A stretch of 32,000 nucleotides of DNA from the NCBI RefSeq assembly GCF_000007225.1, contig NC_003364.1, positions 1,560,001 through 1,592,000 of the forward strand, read 5' to 3'. The translations under genes were made by a program, and so were the position numbers. The stretch is from Pyrobaculum aerophilum str. IM2 (GTDB taxonomy: Archaea > Thermoproteota > Thermoprotei > Thermoproteales > Thermoproteaceae). The notes below the pieces were generated by a model, which searched no databases, was not told the DNA's origin, and saw nothing but the letters and a program-made list of their open reading frames with translations. Position 1 is the first letter of the stretch; every line of letters starts with the position of its first letter. Below are positions 31,275 to 32,000 of the stretch, piece by piece.

Positions 31275-31504
31275 CTTCAGCCTACATACTTCGGAGATCA
31301 AGAAGTCTAGTGTCCCGGCGCTAAGTCGCGGCATTTGTCATCGGGCAAAAAGCGTTATAAATAGCGATTACGGTGACGCGTTGATATTATTGAGCGGAGT
31401 TCTGACGACCGTTGAAGATAAAAGAGGACTTGACAGCGTCGATAGCCGTCTCAACAGGACACTTTTTTATACAGTTGTCATCTGGGGCGAAGCTGGCGTC
31501 GTTG

Positions 31505-31882
31505 TTAACCGCCTACCACCTCCCCGGGCTCCAACCTCTTGAGATCGGTTTTGTCAAAATCCTTATCGAAACTGACAATGGGCACGCCTAATTTCTTGGC
31601 GTAATAGTAGTGGAGCCCGTCGTCGAAGTCGAGACCAACCTTAGCGGCGGCTCTGGCCGCCTCAATCTCCTCCTCCATATTGCTCTTCACGATTTCAAGC
31701 CCGCGCCATGTTGCGATCTCGCTTAGGAACGCCTCCACGAGATCTGGCCTGGCCAAAATGGCTGATATGCCATGTACGGCGAACTGCAAGACGTATCCCC
31801 TAATGTTCCCCGACTTGACCTTCTCTAGAAAGCGGTACGGTTCAACCCACTTTTGCCGCTTGTAGAGCAACTCTGGCGTCAA
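31505..31882 (-). CDS. PIN-domain-like protein (VapC-like), possibly N-terminally degenerate
   Basis: The C-terminal part, GLDFDDGLHYYYAKKLGVPIVSFDKDFDKT, matches the PIN DxxH/Y...SxDxDF region. It has a TTG start immediately after an in-frame stop. The usual N-terminal acidic strand is not evident. Confidence 0.55.
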   Translation of the reverse strand: MTPELLYKRQKWVEPYRFLEKVKSGNIRGYVLQFAVHGISAILARPDLVEAFLSEIATWRGLEIVKSNMEEEIEAARAAAKVGLDFDDGLHYYYAKKLGVPIVSFDKDFDKTDLKRLEPGEVVGG

Positions 31883-32000
31883 TTATCCCTCAACGCCTCG
31901 GCTAGATCCTCCCCGTTCCACCTCCTCGGTGAGGAGAGGCCGAGCCCCACGAGCCGATCCAGTCCCCCAGCGCTGGGCTGAGGGCCGCCGAGCTCCCTCT
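31879..32000 (-). CDS. partial ORF (3' end only) in the antitoxin position upstream of the PIN-like gene
   Basis: An open frame runs to the window edge: ...LDRLVGLGLSSPRRWNGEDLAEALRDN, then stop. Its TGA overlaps the PIN TTG (TTGA). Confidence 0.3.
   Translation of the reverse strand, partial: RELGGPQPSAGGLDRLVGLGLSSPRRWNGEDLAEALRDN

Noticed and set aside
31261-31542. 93-aa plus-strand ORF with a GTG start
   Set aside because: No motif and atypical composition. It overlaps the 3' end of the PIN-like gene and sits in a region that looks noncoding. It is treated as noncoding in the findings.
1-32000. Search for CRISPR arrays, tRNA/rRNA genes, IS elements/transposases, integrases or known defense-system genes
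   Set aside because: No regularly spaced direct repeats, no GTTC(G/A)AATC-type T-arm signatures, and no transposase, integrase or Cas-like motifs were seen. The only repeat-family genes are the two PaREP1 copies, and the only TA-like element is the PIN-like gene at the edge.

Overview
The window reads as a chromosomal segment of a Pyrobaculum/Thermoproteaceae-type crenarchaeon. Evidence: two PaREP1-family genes, TATA-like boxes about 25 nt upstream of start codons (leaderless-style), and many ATGA/TAATG stop-start overlaps. No rRNA, tRNA, CRISPR array, transposase or integrase was seen. Main content by position: (i) 631-2034, a MerA-like flavoprotein. (ii) 2501-10506, two divergent, tightly coupled operons. 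One encodes two membrane-anchored beta-propeller proteins, a polytopic membrane protein and a Tat-signal, single-cysteine SQR-like flavoprotein. The other encodes TusA, a DsrE-like protein, YeeE, a secreted His-rich beta-propeller and SCO1/SenC. I consider this the best candidate for an undescribed extracytoplasmic sulfur (or Cu/S) handling system. (iii) 10611-19128, two paralogous wHTH proteins bracketing a CPBP protease gene, a complete lipA / E1alpha / E1beta / E2 / E3 / lipB lipoylation plus 2-oxoacid dehydrogenase module, and a TusA-fold protein lacking the catalytic Cys. (iv) 19149-20812, pirin plus a coupled hypothetical gene. (v) 20933-28004 on the minus strand, a Tat-exported FDH-N-like molybdoenzyme operon (regulator, fdhD, small ORF, 1167-aa alpha, FeS beta, cytochrome-b-like gamma, fdhE-like), with CoA-binding and XdhC-like genes nearby. 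(vi) 29410-31067, an inverted PaREP1 pair with mosaic 100%-identical blocks flanking a Dph6-like PP-loop ATPase gene. (vii) about 440 bp without a credible ORF, then a PIN-like gene at the window edge. All functional calls rest on motifs read by eye; no database search was run.
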